A stretch of 64,000 nucleotides of DNA from Patescibacteria group bacterium (GTDB taxonomy: Bacteria > Patescibacteriota > Patescibacteriia > 2-12-FULL-60-25), in NCBI GenBank assembly GCA_031082005.1, contig JAVHLR010000001.1:127251-191250 (forward strand), written 5' to 3'. The position numbers and the translations under genes were made by a program. This document shows positions 1-9,863 of the stretch, in pieces. How positions within the stretch are numbered: position 1 is the stretch's first letter; the number at the start of each line of letters is the position of its first letter. A model generated the notes under the pieces. It worked only from the letters and a program-made list of their open reading frames with translations. It was not told where the DNA came from and made no database searches.

Positions 1-565
1 GCAGCGTAGACAAAATATTGTGCGGTCCTCCGAAGAGAACGGGAAAGATAGAAAACTCCGAGCCCAAATCCGGCGCCACAACGGTTTTCCATCCCCAGTG
101 CTTGAACAGGCTGATGTAGATCGTGTACATCCAACCGGTCGTGCCGCCAAGAATCGCTATCGTTGTGGCTAGCTTGGCTTTTGTCGCCGAGTGCGTCGTA
201 TATAGGCAGACTTCGTATAGCGCTAGGACTAGCGGTAAGGTCAAGAGCAGGCTTGCTCCTATATAAACGCTTAACGGCGAGAAGCCAAGACGTGCAACCA
301 GACCAAGCGCAGTCCAGAAAGGATTGAAACGCAGCGAATGCGGTTCTATTGCATACAAGTTGTCTTGCAGTTGTGCGCCGTCCGCGATTTGGTGGATGTA
401 GGATAGGTAGACCGCAGCATCGCCGGGAAAATATATAGTGTCTCCCAGCCAGCGGGTATCAGGCGGTGCAGAGGCGTAAATGGAAAAAAACAACGCCGCC
501 TCTACGCAGAGCAGCGTCACTGCCAGACATAGAGCGAAGCGCCGCTGCTTGAACCACGCATGCAT
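1..565 (-). CDS. polytopic integral membrane protein, N-terminal ~188 codons (gene runs off the window start); possibly GT-C-type glycosyltransferase
   Basis: Hand translation of the minus strand from ATG (565-563) is stop-free to position 1 (MHAWFKQRRFALCLAVTLLC...) and shows several hydrophobic helices. Its start lies 3 nt after the stop of the 568..1680 gene. It is missing from the ORF track because the window edge truncates it. Confidence 0.45.
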   Translation of the reverse strand, partial: MHAWFKQRRFALCLAVTLLCVEAALFFSIYASAPPDTRWLGDTIYFPGDAAVYLSYIHQIADGAQLQDNLYAIEPHSLRFNPFWTALGLVARLGFSPLSVYIGASLLLTLPLVLALYEVCLYTTHSATKAKLATTIAILGGTTGWMYTIYISLFKHWGWKTVVAPDLGSEFSIFPVLFGGPHNILSTL

Positions 566-567
566 GT

Positions 568-1680
568 TTATTGCGCTAATAGCGGCACGACAATCTTGAA
601 ATCTTGGAGGCTACCATCCGGACCTTTGCGTTTGCCTTTTGCTAACAGGGCGGGTATCAGATACGTCTCGGTCAGCGTGGAGCTATTGTCCTCCAGTCGG
701 TACAAGACTAGCTCGAAGTCGTCCAGCGTTATCTCGCCGGAAGCCCCGGATAACCCGCCTGCCTTGAGCATCTCAATGGCCTTGGCATTATCGATCGAAG
801 GATAATCCGATCTGTCAGGATCGCTGTACAGCGTGATTTTTCCGGAGACCACCTTGTTTTCAGGGCTGTCTACCACAATCTCTGCGCCGTAGAGATAGCT
901 TCCGTCATTTTTCACCACATCCCGCTCGTCCATTAGCGTCCTGAAACGTACGACTTGCCGAGCCGGGAATTCCGGTGGGACGCAGATGCTGTTTGCCGCA
1001 GACGCGAGCTGTGGCGGCTGTCCCACCACAAGCGAGACTGAAGCGCCGATGGCGCGTATGCTGTTCACGGTTTCGCGTGTCATGCAGCGGTTCAGAAGCT
1101 GCGCCGAGGTGTACCACCACATGCCCCAATCCGGCAATATTATGCCTTTGCGGTAATATGAGCTCTTGATGCCTTTCGCTAAGATGAAACTGGTCGCTGT
1201 ATTCACCAGCTCGTCATATACGCGCAAATCAGACACGGTCAGAAGCTTGCTGTTGGTGTCGTTCCAGAACTCCAACGTGTTGTCGCCCCCGTGGTAACTC
1301 CACTTGTACCCGTCCTTGTCGATCCAAGCCAGGTTCGCTTCCGAGACGACCGAGAAATCTCCGAGAGTCGCTGCCGGTACGGCTAAAGCGCGTGTTATCT
1401 GCCGCATCTCTATGTCGTTAGGTAATCCCTTTTGGAGCCTAAGCACAGTGATCACTTTCGGTAGTTTGGGTAATTCCTTTTCCAGTGTGATCGAAGCGGA
1501 GCTCTTCGGATATTCGATTTTCGGTAACTCACCGAAGCCCTGGCTCAATGAGATCTCCGTGTTTTCTGATACAGGATTGGAAAAAGGCTCGGCAATCTTC
1601 GGCGCAGTGACCTCTTGGCTACAACCGGCTCCGCTTAGCGCAAGAACCGTAAAAAAGACTGTGATTTTTCTTATGATCAT
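568..1680 (-). CDS. secreted lipoprotein, unknown function
   Basis: Track ORF 568..1737. The internal Met at 1680 gives MIIRKITVFFTVLALSGAG|C, a classic lipobox signal peptide. Confidence 0.5.
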   Translation of the reverse strand: MIIRKITVFFTVLALSGAGCSQEVTAPKIAEPFSNPVSENTEISLSQGFGELPKIEYPKSSASITLEKELPKLPKVITVLRLQKGLPNDIEMRQITRALAVPAATLGDFSVVSEANLAWIDKDGYKWSYHGGDNTLEFWNDTNSKLLTVSDLRVYDELVNTATSFILAKGIKSSYYRKGIILPDWGMWWYTSAQLLNRCMTRETVNSIRAIGASVSLVVGQPPQLASAANSICVPPEFPARQVVRFRTLMDERDVVKNDGSYLYGAEIVVDSPENKVVSGKITLYSDPDRSDYPSIDNAKAIEMLKAGGLSGASGEITLDDFELVLYRLEDNSSTLTETYLIPALLAKGKRKGPDGSLQDFKIVVPLLAQ

Positions 1681-1763
1681 AGCCAAAGTATAGCCAAAAG
1701 TAGTCATTTTAGATAGTTTTGATTGACTAGCCTTCAAATCATCTGCATACTGGATTAATCGAC

Positions 1764-2102
1764 ATGCGCAAGCTCGTCATCGTTATTGCCTTGCTGCTCG
1801 GTTTTCTGCCGCTGCCGTTTTGTGTTTCCATGGCCAGTGCCATGGAGCCTCACGATATGTCGGTCGGAGTGATGGTCCACGCGACTACGCACGAAGTCAT
1901 GCCGTGTTGTCTTGATACGCATGAGCACGAGGATGGCTACGATATCTTGAACGAGTTGCCCTTTCGATTATCTTCATTGGATGTTTTTGGATCAAAATAT
2001 TACGCGTCATGCGACACGTCGTCGCAGAGTCAGCTCCGTGGAGTCTTGCCGCTCACAGACAGAGGAAAATTTGAAGAACAGGGCGGCATCAAGCGGGAAT
2101 AG
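1764..2102 (+). CDS. small secreted His/Met/Cys-rich protein (possible metal-binding)
   Basis: Has an N-terminal signal peptide. The mature part contains HDMSVGVMVHATTHEVMPCCLDTHEHED. The gene sits directly upstream of the copper cluster. Confidence 0.4.
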   Translation: MRKLVIVIALLLGFLPLPFCVSMASAMEPHDMSVGVMVHATTHEVMPCCLDTHEHEDGYDILNELPFRLSSLDVFGSKYYASCDTSSQSQLRGVLPLTDRGKFEEQGGIKRE

Positions 2103-2195
2103 CCGGAATCGGTGTTTTTCGGTTCTCTGGTTATTCCATTTAAACCTTGATATTTTTATCTTATACCAAGAGTTATCACTTATCAGATCACCGGC

Positions 2196-3485
2196 ATGAC
2201 CTGTAAATCCTGTGAGAAGCTTGTTTCCGACGTGCTGCTCGACGTGCCTGGCGTGATGGAAGTCGAAGCCTCGGTCAAGCAGGGCCGAGCTGCGGTTCGC
2301 ATGCGGGATGAGGCCCGGGATCCGGATTTGGATCTGCTGAATCGTCAGTTGGAAGCGCACGGCTACAGACTGTATCCGGAAGGCTGTCGCATGCCCTCAT
2401 CTGCTGAATCGCTTTTTCGCCGTTTGCGTCGCGCCATCATCGTCTTGCTTATCGTCGGCTTCATCGGAGCCTGTCTTTGGTCGCCGTTGCACGCCCTTTT
2501 CCCCTCTGTCAGCGCCGGTGCTTCTTTCGGTGCGCTTTTCGTCCTCGGTATCGTCGCTTCGCTTTCTTCCTGTTTGGCGACTACCGGCGGCTTCATGCTC
2601 GCTTACAGCGCAGAAAAGGCTTCGCGCCGCAAAACCATCTTGATGCACATCGGCCGTCTGGTCGCTTTTATGGTCGGTGGTGCGCTCTTAGGGGCATTGG
2701 GCGGAACCATACCTGCAATTTCGTCGGGATGGTACGGGGCGTTGGCGTTGATCATGGGTATCGGCTTCTTGGTCGTCGCATTGAATCTTCTCGATCTCTC
2801 TCCGTCATTGGCGAAACTCGGCGTTTCCCTGCCTTCTTCGCTTCACGTCTTCGCCGACAAAGTCAAAAAGCGCCCCGGTGGGGTGACGCCGTTCCTCGTC
2901 GGAGCCGTGACTTTCGTCTTGCCTTGCGGTTTTACGCAGACGGCACAGGCTCTTGCCTTGGCGTCAGGTTCAGCTTTTAGCGGATTCTTGCTTTTGACGG
3001 CTTTCGCTTTAGGCACCTTACCGGTATTGCTGGGAGTGACCGCTTTTGCGACAAAAGTCAGTCTTAAGCACGGCATGTTACGGCTCTTGATAGGCGCCGT
3101 CATGTTCTTCTTCGCGCTTGGACAGATCCAGTCGGCTTTGAGTCTTTATGGTGTATCCATCGGTAGTCCGCTTGGTGCGACGTCTCCGATTGCAGCAGCG
3201 CCGCCAGCCGCGGGGCAGACCGAACAAGTCGTGAAGATGAAGGTGACTTCTAACGGCTTTAATCCTTCAAACCTGACCGTCAAGAAAGGGGTACCTGTCC
3301 GCTGGGAAGTGGATGGGACAAAAGCAGGAGGTTGTACCAGCTCGATCATTTCGCGCGAGCTTGATATCTCGAAGACGCTCGATCGCGGCATCAATACATT
3401 CCGTTTCACTCCGGAGCGCACCGGCCGCATCACTTTCTCCTGCGGCATGGGTATGGTGCGTGGTTCATTCAACGTAATCGACTGA
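2196..3485 (+). CDS. HMA domain - TauE/DsbD_2-like polytopic membrane domain - C-terminal cupredoxin-like domain fusion protein
   Basis: GMTCKSC metal-binding motif at the N-terminus, about 6 TM helices in the middle, and a C-terminal beta-rich segment ([26 protein letters not shown]...[10 protein letters not shown]). The true start is probably upstream of the ATG (see findings). Confidence 0.6.
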   Translation: MTCKSCEKLVSDVLLDVPGVMEVEASVKQGRAAVRMRDEARDPDLDLLNRQLEAHGYRLYPEGCRMPSSAESLFRRLRRAIIVLLIVGFIGACLWSPLHALFPSVSAGASFGALFVLGIVASLSSCLATTGGFMLAYSAEKASRRKTILMHIGRLVAFMVGGALLGALGGTIPAISSGWYGALALIMGIGFLVVALNLLDLSPSLAKLGVSLPSSLHVFADKVKKRPGGVTPFLVGAVTFVLPCGFTQTAQALALASGSAFSGFLLLTAFALGTLPVLLGVTAFATKVSLKHGMLRLLIGAVMFFFALGQIQSALSLYGVSIGSPLGATSPIAAAPPAAGQTEQVVKMKVTSNGFNPSNLTVKKGVPVRWEVDGTKAGGCTSSIISRELDISKTLDRGINTFRFTPERTGRITFSCGMGMVRGSFNVID

Positions 3486-3486
3486 T

Positions 3487-5715
3487 ATGAAAAAAATCAT
3501 CATTCCCATAAAAGGCATGCATTGCGCGTCGTGCGCCATCACAACCGAAAAGGCGCTGCAGAATAAAAGCGGCGTAGTCAAAGCCAACGTCAATTTCGCG
3601 ACCGAAAGAGCCACAGTCGAGTACGACGAAGCGAAAATCGACCAAGGCTCATTAGCTCAAGCTATCCGCGATAACGGGTACGAGCCTGTATTGCACGAAA
3701 CCGGTTCACACTCCGCACCGGGTCAATCGATGGAGCATGCCGGACACGAGATGTCTGGCGCAAAGTCCGACTCATCTTCCGGATCGCATCTTTCACACGG
3801 CGGTTATGTCGATCGGAAGGGCCTGATCATCGCCTCCATTCTGGTGATTCCGTTGGTTTTGAGTATGTTCATCATGCCGGATGTCGGCGTGATTCTCGGC
3901 CGCCCAGCTTGGTTAGTTTTGGATCTCTTGGCTGCCTGGTTTCTGGTCGGTTGGTTCGGCCGCCATTTCCATCACGGCACTTGGAACGAGCTCAAACATC
4001 GTCGTGCCAACATGGATACTCTGGTCACCGTCGGTACCGGATCGGCTCTGCTCTGGAGTACCTATGCTCTCTACGCAGGACGCGAGAACGAAGTCTATTT
4101 CGAAGTCGCCGGCATCATCATCATTTTCCTGTTGCTCGGGAAGTACCTCGAAGCACGCCAGCGCATGAAGGCCGGAGCCGCCATCCAAGCGTTGCTCGGT
4201 CTGCACGCCAAATTTGCGCATCGTCTGAAGGCGGACGGGACGACCGAAGATGTCGACCCCAACTCCCTAGTCGTCGGTGATATCTGTTTGGTCAAGCCGG
4301 GCGAACGCATTCCGATTGACGGAGAAGTGATCGAGGGTGCGACCAGCATAGACGAGTCGATGCTGACCGGTGAACCTATCCCGGTGGAAAAAAACGCCGG
4401 CGACAAAGTCTATGGCGCGACAGTCAACGGCACTGGCGCTTTCAATCTGCGTGTGACGGTTCTGCCGGGGCAGACTGCTTTGGACGCCATCGTAGCGACC
4501 GTCGAACATGCGCTATCCACGAAATCACCGGTAGAAAAGATCGTGGACAAGATATCCTCCGTCTTCGTCCCAATCGTCATCCTGATCGCTTTGATTTCAT
4601 TCATCGCCTGGTTGCTTCTTGGAGCTTCTTTTGGCGACGCGATCCGTCACGCGGTCGCTGTGCTGATAGTCGCCTGTCCTTGCGCCATGGGGTTGGCGAC
4701 GCCCGCAGCCATCATGGTCGGCACTGGGGCTGGGGCGAAGAAGGGGATACTCGTGAAGGACGGATCGGCCCTGGAAGCTGCTCGTGGCATAAACATGGTC
4801 GTCTTCGATAAGACGGGAACATTGACCGAGGGTAAACCGACGGTCACTGACGTCATATCAGCTGGTGGAAACGACGACACGCTGTTACGCATCGCTGCCT
4901 CACTTGAAGCGGCATCCGAGCATCCGCTTGCCACAGCAGTACTAGCTGCGGCACAAGCGCGGAGTCTCGCGAAACTGCCTGTCAGTGATTTTTCTGCTGT
5001 ACCCGGGCAAGGGATACGGGGCGTCATCGAGGATAAGACTGCCTTGCTCGGCAAACCGGAGTGGATTTTTCCCGTCATCGGTGCGAATGACAATCCGCTC
5101 ATAAATGAATTACGCGCCGCGGCGAAAACCGTCATGGCTGTTGCCTTCGACGGAAAGTTCGTCGGACTCATCGCGGCACAGGACAAGCCTAAGGCTGACG
5201 CAGTAGAGGCGATACGGACCCTGAAGGCGATGGGTATAGAGACTGCTCTGCTTACCGGCGACAGCCAAGCGACTGCCGAAGCCGTCGCCGAAAGCTTGGG
5301 TATCACGACGGTACTGGCCGAGGTGTCGCCAACAGGCAAGGCAGATGTGATCAAGTCGTTGCAGGCGCAAAAAAAGGAGGTCGCTTTCGTCGGCGACGGT
5401 CTGAACGATGCTCCGGCATTGGCGCAGTCCGATCTAGGTATCGCCATCGGAACCGGCACTGATGTCGCTATCGCCACGGGCCAGCTGGTCATCATGGGTG
5501 GTTCACCGACCAAAGCCGCGGAGGCTATCCGTCTTTCGCGCCTGACTTTCCGCGCCATCAAACAAAATCTATTTTGGGCTTTCATCTACAACGTAATCGG
5601 CATACCGTTGGCCGCACTCGGGCTGTTGAACCCGATTTTCGCCGGATTGGCCATGGCGTTCTCGAGCGTCAGCGTATTGTCGAACTCGTTGCGCATCGCT
5701 AGGAGGATGAAATAG
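3487..5715 (+). CDS. copA: copper-translocating P1B-type ATPase
   Basis: N-terminal HMA motif [13 protein letters not shown] motif ([11 protein letters not shown]), phosphorylation site FDKTGTLT, and hinge motif GDGLNDAP. Confidence 0.95.
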   Translation: MKKIIIPIKGMHCASCAITTEKALQNKSGVVKANVNFATERATVEYDEAKIDQGSLAQAIRDNGYEPVLHETGSHSAPGQSMEHAGHEMSGAKSDSSSGSHLSHGGYVDRKGLIIASILVIPLVLSMFIMPDVGVILGRPAWLVLDLLAAWFLVGWFGRHFHHGTWNELKHRRANMDTLVTVGTGSALLWSTYALYAGRENEVYFEVAGIIIIFLLLGKYLEARQRMKAGAAIQALLGLHAKFAHRLKADGTTEDVDPNSLVVGDICLVKPGERIPIDGEVIEGATSIDESMLTGEPIPVEKNAGDKVYGATVNGTGAFNLRVTVLPGQTALDAIVATVEHALSTKSPVEKIVDKISSVFVPIVILIALISFIAWLLLGASFGDAIRHAVAVLIVACPCAMGLATPAAIMVGTGAGAKKGILVKDGSALEAARGINMVVFDKTGTLTEGKPTVTDVISAGGNDDTLLRIAASLEAASEHPLATAVLAAAQARSLAKLPVSDFSAVPGQGIRGVIEDKTALLGKPEWIFPVIGANDNPLINELRAAAKTVMAVAFDGKFVGLIAAQDKPKADAVEAIRTLKAMGIETALLTGDSQATAEAVAESLGITTVLAEVSPTGKADVIKSLQAQKKEVAFVGDGLNDAPALAQSDLGIAIGTGTDVAIATGQLVIMGGSPTKAAEAIRLSRLTFRAIKQNLFWAFIYNVIGIPLAALGLLNPIFAGLAMAFSSVSVLSNSLRIARRMK

Positions 5716-5756
5716 GCAAAAAAAATTCCGACTGAAAAATGATTGTTGTTTTGAGG

Positions 5757-5786
5757 CGAACATCCCATATCTCGGGATGTTTGCTT
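5757..5786 (+). terminator. intrinsic terminator after copA
   Basis: Stem aacatccc/gggatgtt with a 7-nt loop, followed by tttgctt. Confidence 0.4.
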
Positions 5787-5796
5787 ATACAAAAAG

Positions 5797-5817
5797 AAGC
5801 GCCAAGACCTGGCGCTT
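5797..5817 (-). terminator. intrinsic terminator for the 5906..6733 gene
   Basis: Stem aagcgcc/ggcgctt. The A-run on the plus strand gives a T-tract on the minus strand. Confidence 0.4.
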
Positions 5818-5905
5818 ACTCGAGGCTCTCCGCGATGCGGTTTCCGGCACGAAGAGGGCGCTCTACGCTATGACTTCGCTAATCCCTGGCTCAGGCGATT
5901 AGTCG

Positions 5906-6733
5906 CTATCCACCTAGTGCTGCCTTCGTCCTTCGGTCTCCGATAGCCGCGTCGATATACTCACGATACCGCTTCATGATGCTGAATGCCTGTTCGGCCA
6001 TGAGACCGTGTTTCTTTTTGGGGATTCCTGTTATCTCCAATTTACCGGAAAGATTTTGGATGCGGAGATCGGGGATATCGACGGTCTGTATGCCGGTGAT
6101 GGTCGCGAATTTGAATTCGCGGCTCAAGAGCATCGCATGATGGAATTCGCTGCCGTCCGTGAAGCCAATTTTTGCGCAGGTCCTATACACATTTCGTTCG
6201 AAAAGAGGGATCCCGAACAAAGGATCAAGATCGTATTTCAACGGCCGGCAAGCCATGCATCTGTCGAGAATGATCGATTCCACTGCGTTCAAGCTCGGGG
6301 AGTGTGCGTGTCCGTCGCAGAATAGATTCATACTCGAGTTCAGACAGATCCCTAAGAAAGTGCGTGCCGCAGAGCTGACGGTAGCGGCAAATCCTATTGC
6401 GCTGGAAGGCCTTTTAGGCTCGCTTTTTTCGGTCTTTTTATCGTATTTCTTAAGCCAGGCCATATTTTGCTTTTCCAGTTCCTCATCGGCGGATGCTTCA
6501 TTGAATTTCTCGAACATGCAATGCACCAAGACGGATGCAAGCTGCTCCTCACCGGATGCGTATAGTTCCCTCACCGTTTCAGAGAAAATCCAGAGGATCT
6601 GTCTGGAATTTTCGCGTGAAAAGCTTCGGGTTTGTGGTTGTTGTTTTTCGAAATCCCAGATGCATGAGGCGGTATTGAACATGGTCATCTCGCTTTTTGA
6701 AGGTGCTGGTGTACGAAGCCAGATTAATGTCAT
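5906..6733 (-). CDS. hypothetical protein
   Basis: Long ORF with no competing frame. No motif recognised. Confidence 0.4.
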   Translation of the reverse strand: MTLIWLRTPAPSKSEMTMFNTASCIWDFEKQQPQTRSFSRENSRQILWIFSETVRELYASGEEQLASVLVHCMFEKFNEASADEELEKQNMAWLKKYDKKTEKSEPKRPSSAIGFAATVSSAARTFLGICLNSSMNLFCDGHAHSPSLNAVESIILDRCMACRPLKYDLDPLFGIPLFERNVYRTCAKIGFTDGSEFHHAMLLSREFKFATITGIQTVDIPDLRIQNLSGKLEITGIPKKKHGLMAEQAFSIMKRYREYIDAAIGDRRTKAALGG

Positions 6734-6830
6734 TGAGGCTTATTTGTCAATCATCCTGTCGGATGATTTCAGCGTAATCTCTTGACGTTCTTCCTTTTTT
6801 TTATTAGTCTCCCGGGCACGGAGGTGTCTC

Positions 6831-7295
6831 GTGCCGAACGACAAGAAATCCGAAATCACTGTTCCTTGCAGCAGGCTCGTGGTCGCTCTGGACTATGTGG
6901 AGTTCCTGAATCTCGCCTGGAAGAACGATCGGCGTAAGGGTTGGGAATTCATCCAGCCCGAGCAGCGCTTCAACCCGCACGGCTTCGCCGCCAATCGGGC
7001 TCGCGGCATCATGGAGCGTTTCCAGCTCTGCTGGGTTCCGCTCTACGAGAGCGGATTCAATGTGCCGATGGTGCACAAGATCCTGCTGGCCGCGCGTGCG
7101 CAGGGCGCAGAGTTCCTCGTCCCGATCAGCGGAATGGTCGAGGACCTGGCGAGCTCGACCCACATACATTCGCTTTCCGCCTCGGTCTTCAAGCGCGATA
7201 CGTTCGGTGATCCGAACGCATACGATTTCGAGAAATCACTGCGTCGCTTCTTCGGTGCCTTCGCCTGCGGCGAAATCATCGACCGGGACCTCTAG
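6831..7295 (+). CDS. hypothetical protein
   Basis: 154-codon ORF (GTG start in the track), divergent from the 5906..6733 gene. No motif recognised. Confidence 0.4.
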   Translation: MPNDKKSEITVPCSRLVVALDYVEFLNLAWKNDRRKGWEFIQPEQRFNPHGFAANRARGIMERFQLCWVPLYESGFNVPMVHKILLAARAQGAEFLVPISGMVEDLASSTHIHSLSASVFKRDTFGDPNAYDFEKSLRRFFGAFACGEIIDRDL

Positions 7296-7389
7296 CCACG
7301 CCTCGGCTCTACGCCCACGCCCTCGCTGTCTTACGCGAGGGCGTCATCGTATCCGCTCAAAGGACAAATGTTGATTCCTGGCTCAAACA

Positions 7390-7420
7390 AGCCGGCCAAG
7401 CAAAGGTCGGCTTTGTCGTC
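7390..7420 (+). terminator. intrinsic terminator (hairpin family shared with 8186..8214)
   Basis: Stem agccggcc/ggtcggct with loop aagcaaa, followed by ttgtcgtcttt. Confidence 0.45.
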
Positions 7421-7439
7421 TTTGGGAGTGATGATAGCC

Positions 7440-7468
7440 TTGACATAGCGGCTATTTTGGGCTAAATT
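7440..7468 (+). promoter_or_regulatory. sigma70-type promoter
   Basis: TTGACA (7440-7445), 17-nt spacer, TAAATT (7463-7468). An AAGGAG SD (7486-7491) precedes the ATG at 7497. Confidence 0.45.
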
Positions 7469-7496
7469 CTGACATCGACCTTTGAAAGGAGACTGC

Positions 7497-8165
7497 ATGG
7501 ATGTGATGGTCTCGATTGTTCTCGGCACGAGCTTAGTCGCGAACGTCGTGCTGGTGTACCTGATGGTTGCGAGGAAATCGCACGGCGTGAAGATGTCTGA
7601 ACGTAACAGGAGGCTGGGGGACACCGATATCTCCAGCGCGCTGCCGCCCAGGTCCCGCTTGAGCCTCAAGGAGCGGATGGCCGACCTGGGCTTGGAGTTT
7701 CATCACGAACCTACGATCGTACATATCTCTGAGGACATCCGTCACAACTTCACCCAGACCACATCAAGGGAAGCGTTGTGTCGACGCTGCCAAAACTATG
7801 TTGATCTTGTCCGGTCGAGCAACCCGGCCATCAATCCCAGCGGTTTGGGATTCTTCTGCATCTGTTGCGGTGAAGGGCGTCTGTTCCAAAATATCGAACT
7901 GATCCGTAAGGCGAACCGTCTGCCGTCCTTGCCCGACAGCAATCTGTTCGCCATCCTCGATGTCTTGGAATGCTTTGCCCTCAAGAATGGCCTTATCCAT
8001 GAGCCGACGAGCGAAAAGCCGCAGCTGGTGACGTTCGATGTGGCTCTTCAGGAAACTGCCGGTTACCGAGGCCCGCCACTCAAAGCGAGGGTGGATGTCG
8101 AAGCCCAGACGGTAGTTCTCGTGGACGAGACCGTGCAGCCCAAGTCTCTCCGCCTCGTCAAATAA
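7497..8165 (+). CDS. membrane-anchored hypothetical protein with CxxC...CxxC segment
   Basis: Track ORF 7482..8165. The ATG at 7497 has an AAGGAG SD 5 nt upstream. There is an N-terminal TM helix, plus CRRC and CICC motifs. Confidence 0.45.
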   Translation: MDVMVSIVLGTSLVANVVLVYLMVARKSHGVKMSERNRRLGDTDISSALPPRSRLSLKERMADLGLEFHHEPTIVHISEDIRHNFTQTTSREALCRRCQNYVDLVRSSNPAINPSGLGFFCICCGEGRLFQNIELIRKANRLPSLPDSNLFAILDVLECFALKNGLIHEPTSEKPQLVTFDVALQETAGYRGPPLKARVDVEAQTVVLVDETVQPKSLRLVK

Positions 8166-8185
8166 TCTCTTCTATTAGTTCTCCT

Positions 8186-8214
8186 AGCCGACCCCGCAAA
8201 GGTCGGCTTTGACA
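8186..8214 (+). terminator. intrinsic terminator-like hairpin, homologous to 7390..7420
   Basis: Stem agccgacc/ggtcggct with loop ccgcaaa, then ttt. Its 3' arm is also part of an inverted repeat that spans the next promoter. Confidence 0.4.
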
Positions 8215-8237
8215 TATCCAGCCGACCGGATTATATT
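8209..8237 (+). promoter_or_regulatory. sigma70-type promoter of the Rrf2/Fe-S operon
   Basis: TTGACA (8209-8214), 17-nt spacer, TATATT (8232-8237). Confidence 0.5.
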
Positions 8238-8258
8238 CACTGTACCTAACTAGGAATT

Positions 8259-8660
8259 ATGCCATTTAACGTTTCTTCATTCGAACATAACGCACTCATC
8301 TTGTTGACGGAAATCGCCTCTGCAAAAGGTTTAGTTAGCCTCGACACTGTGGCAAAACGAATGTCTCTTTCGCAGGGATATCTGGAGGAAGTCGCGCACG
8401 CCCTCAAGACCGCAAAACTTATCCGCGGGCGCCAAGGCCGAGGTGGCGGGTATTTATTGGCGCGACCCGCCTCAAAGATTTCGCTGTCTGACGTCATGTC
8501 AGCGGTCAATGGACCGCTCGAACTCGTTTCGTGCCAAAGCGCTAAGACTTGCCCAGTCAGTGGCCGCTGCCAGTCTAAACAAGCTTGGGCTGATTTGCGT
8601 CGGACCATCGATGCATCACTTGAAAAGATCACGTTGGAAAGCATCGTCAAAGGTAATTGA
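8259..8660 (+). CDS. Rrf2-family transcriptional regulator (IscR-like, cluster-ligating Cys triad)
   Basis: wHTH segment (LDTVAKRMSLSQGYLEEVAHALKTAKLIRGRQGRGGGY) and a C-x5-C-x5-C triad (CQSAKTCPVSGRC). Confidence 0.85.
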   Translation: MPFNVSSFEHNALILLTEIASAKGLVSLDTVAKRMSLSQGYLEEVAHALKTAKLIRGRQGRGGGYLLARPASKISLSDVMSAVNGPLELVSCQSAKTCPVSGRCQSKQAWADLRRTIDASLEKITLESIVKGN

Positions 8661-9862
8661 TGACATACATGCGCAGAATCTATCTCGATCACGCGGCGAC
8701 TACGCCGGTACACCCTGCAGTATTGAAAAAGATGCTTCCATTTTTTACGCAGGTTTACGGCAATCCTTCGTCTTTCCATACTCCGGGGCTAGAGGCGAAG
8801 AAGGCGGTCGACGCGGCACGCAAGTCGATTGCCGAGAAGCTGAATGCTCATTCTGACGAGATGGTCTTCTGTTCCGGAGGTACGGCGTCCGACAATTTGG
8901 CCGTCCATGGCATCTTCGGTGTCGAGAAAGCCCATCGTGGTCACGTCATCACATCTGCTGTTGAGCATCCTGCGGTACTTGAGCCTCTTCAACATCTGGT
9001 CAAAAGAGGAAAAATCGAATTGACCGTACTGCCGGTCGACAAGAGCGGGAAGATCCTGATCAAGGATCTCGTCGCCGCGTTGCGTCCTGATACGGTCTTG
9101 GTTTCGATAATGTACGCGAACAACGAAATAGGGACGATCCAACCTATCGCCGAGATCGGTCGTGCGCTGCTTAGATGGCGTAAAGAAAAATCGACACCTT
9201 ACCCATACTTCCATACCGATGCGTGCCAGGCAGCAGGCACTCTTGATCTGGACGTCGAGAAGCTCCATGTCGATTTGCTTACTTTGAATGGTTCCAAGAT
9301 CTACGGTCCCAAAGGAGTCGGCCTGCTGTTTGTCCGCCGTGGGACGAAACTCGACCCCCAGATCCGGGGAGGTGGCCAAGAACGGGGATTGCGCTCGGGC
9401 ACCGAAAACGTCCCCGGCATCATCGGTCTCGCCGCCGCTTTGGAGTTGGCGCAAGCGAATAAAGAAAAGGAGAACGCTCGTCTGTCGAAGCTGCGCGACA
9501 AGCTGATTGCCGGCTTGCTGGCGATGCCCAAGACGCGCTTGAACGGTCACCCGACCGATCGCCTGCCGAACAACGTGAATGTCTCTTTCATGGACATCGA
9601 AGGTGAGGCAGCTGTGCTTTATCTGGATGCGCAAGGGATCTACTGCTCGACTGGTTCAGCCTGTGCCTCAAGCTCACTCGATCCCTCCCATGTCATCTTG
9701 GCCACCGGCGTCTCTTATGAAGCTGCCCACGGTTCGCTCCGCTTCACCCTCGGTCATTCGACCAAATCGTCTGATATCGATTACGTACTCAAAACCATCC
9801 CTGACATCATCGCAAAACTACGTCTTATGAGCCCAGTTAACCTGGATATGAAACACTTTTAA
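8657..9862 (+). CDS. nifS: cysteine desulfurase (class I NifS/IscS type)
   Basis: PLP-lysine region LNGSKIYGPKGVG, SGTENVPGIIG, and active-site loop CSTGSACASS. There is a 4-nt overlap with the Rrf2 gene. Confidence 0.9.
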   Translation: MMTYMRRIYLDHAATTPVHPAVLKKMLPFFTQVYGNPSSFHTPGLEAKKAVDAARKSIAEKLNAHSDEMVFCSGGTASDNLAVHGIFGVEKAHRGHVITSAVEHPAVLEPLQHLVKRGKIELTVLPVDKSGKILIKDLVAALRPDTVLVSIMYANNEIGTIQPIAEIGRALLRWRKEKSTPYPYFHTDACQAAGTLDLDVEKLHVDLLTLNGSKIYGPKGVGLLFVRRGTKLDPQIRGGGQERGLRSGTENVPGIIGLAAALELAQANKEKENARLSKLRDKLIAGLLAMPKTRLNGHPTDRLPNNVNVSFMDIEGEAAVLYLDAQGIYCSTGSACASSSLDPSHVILATGVSYEAAHGSLRFTLGHSTKSSDIDYVLKTIPDIIAKLRLMSPVNLDMKHF

Positions 9863-9863
9863 T

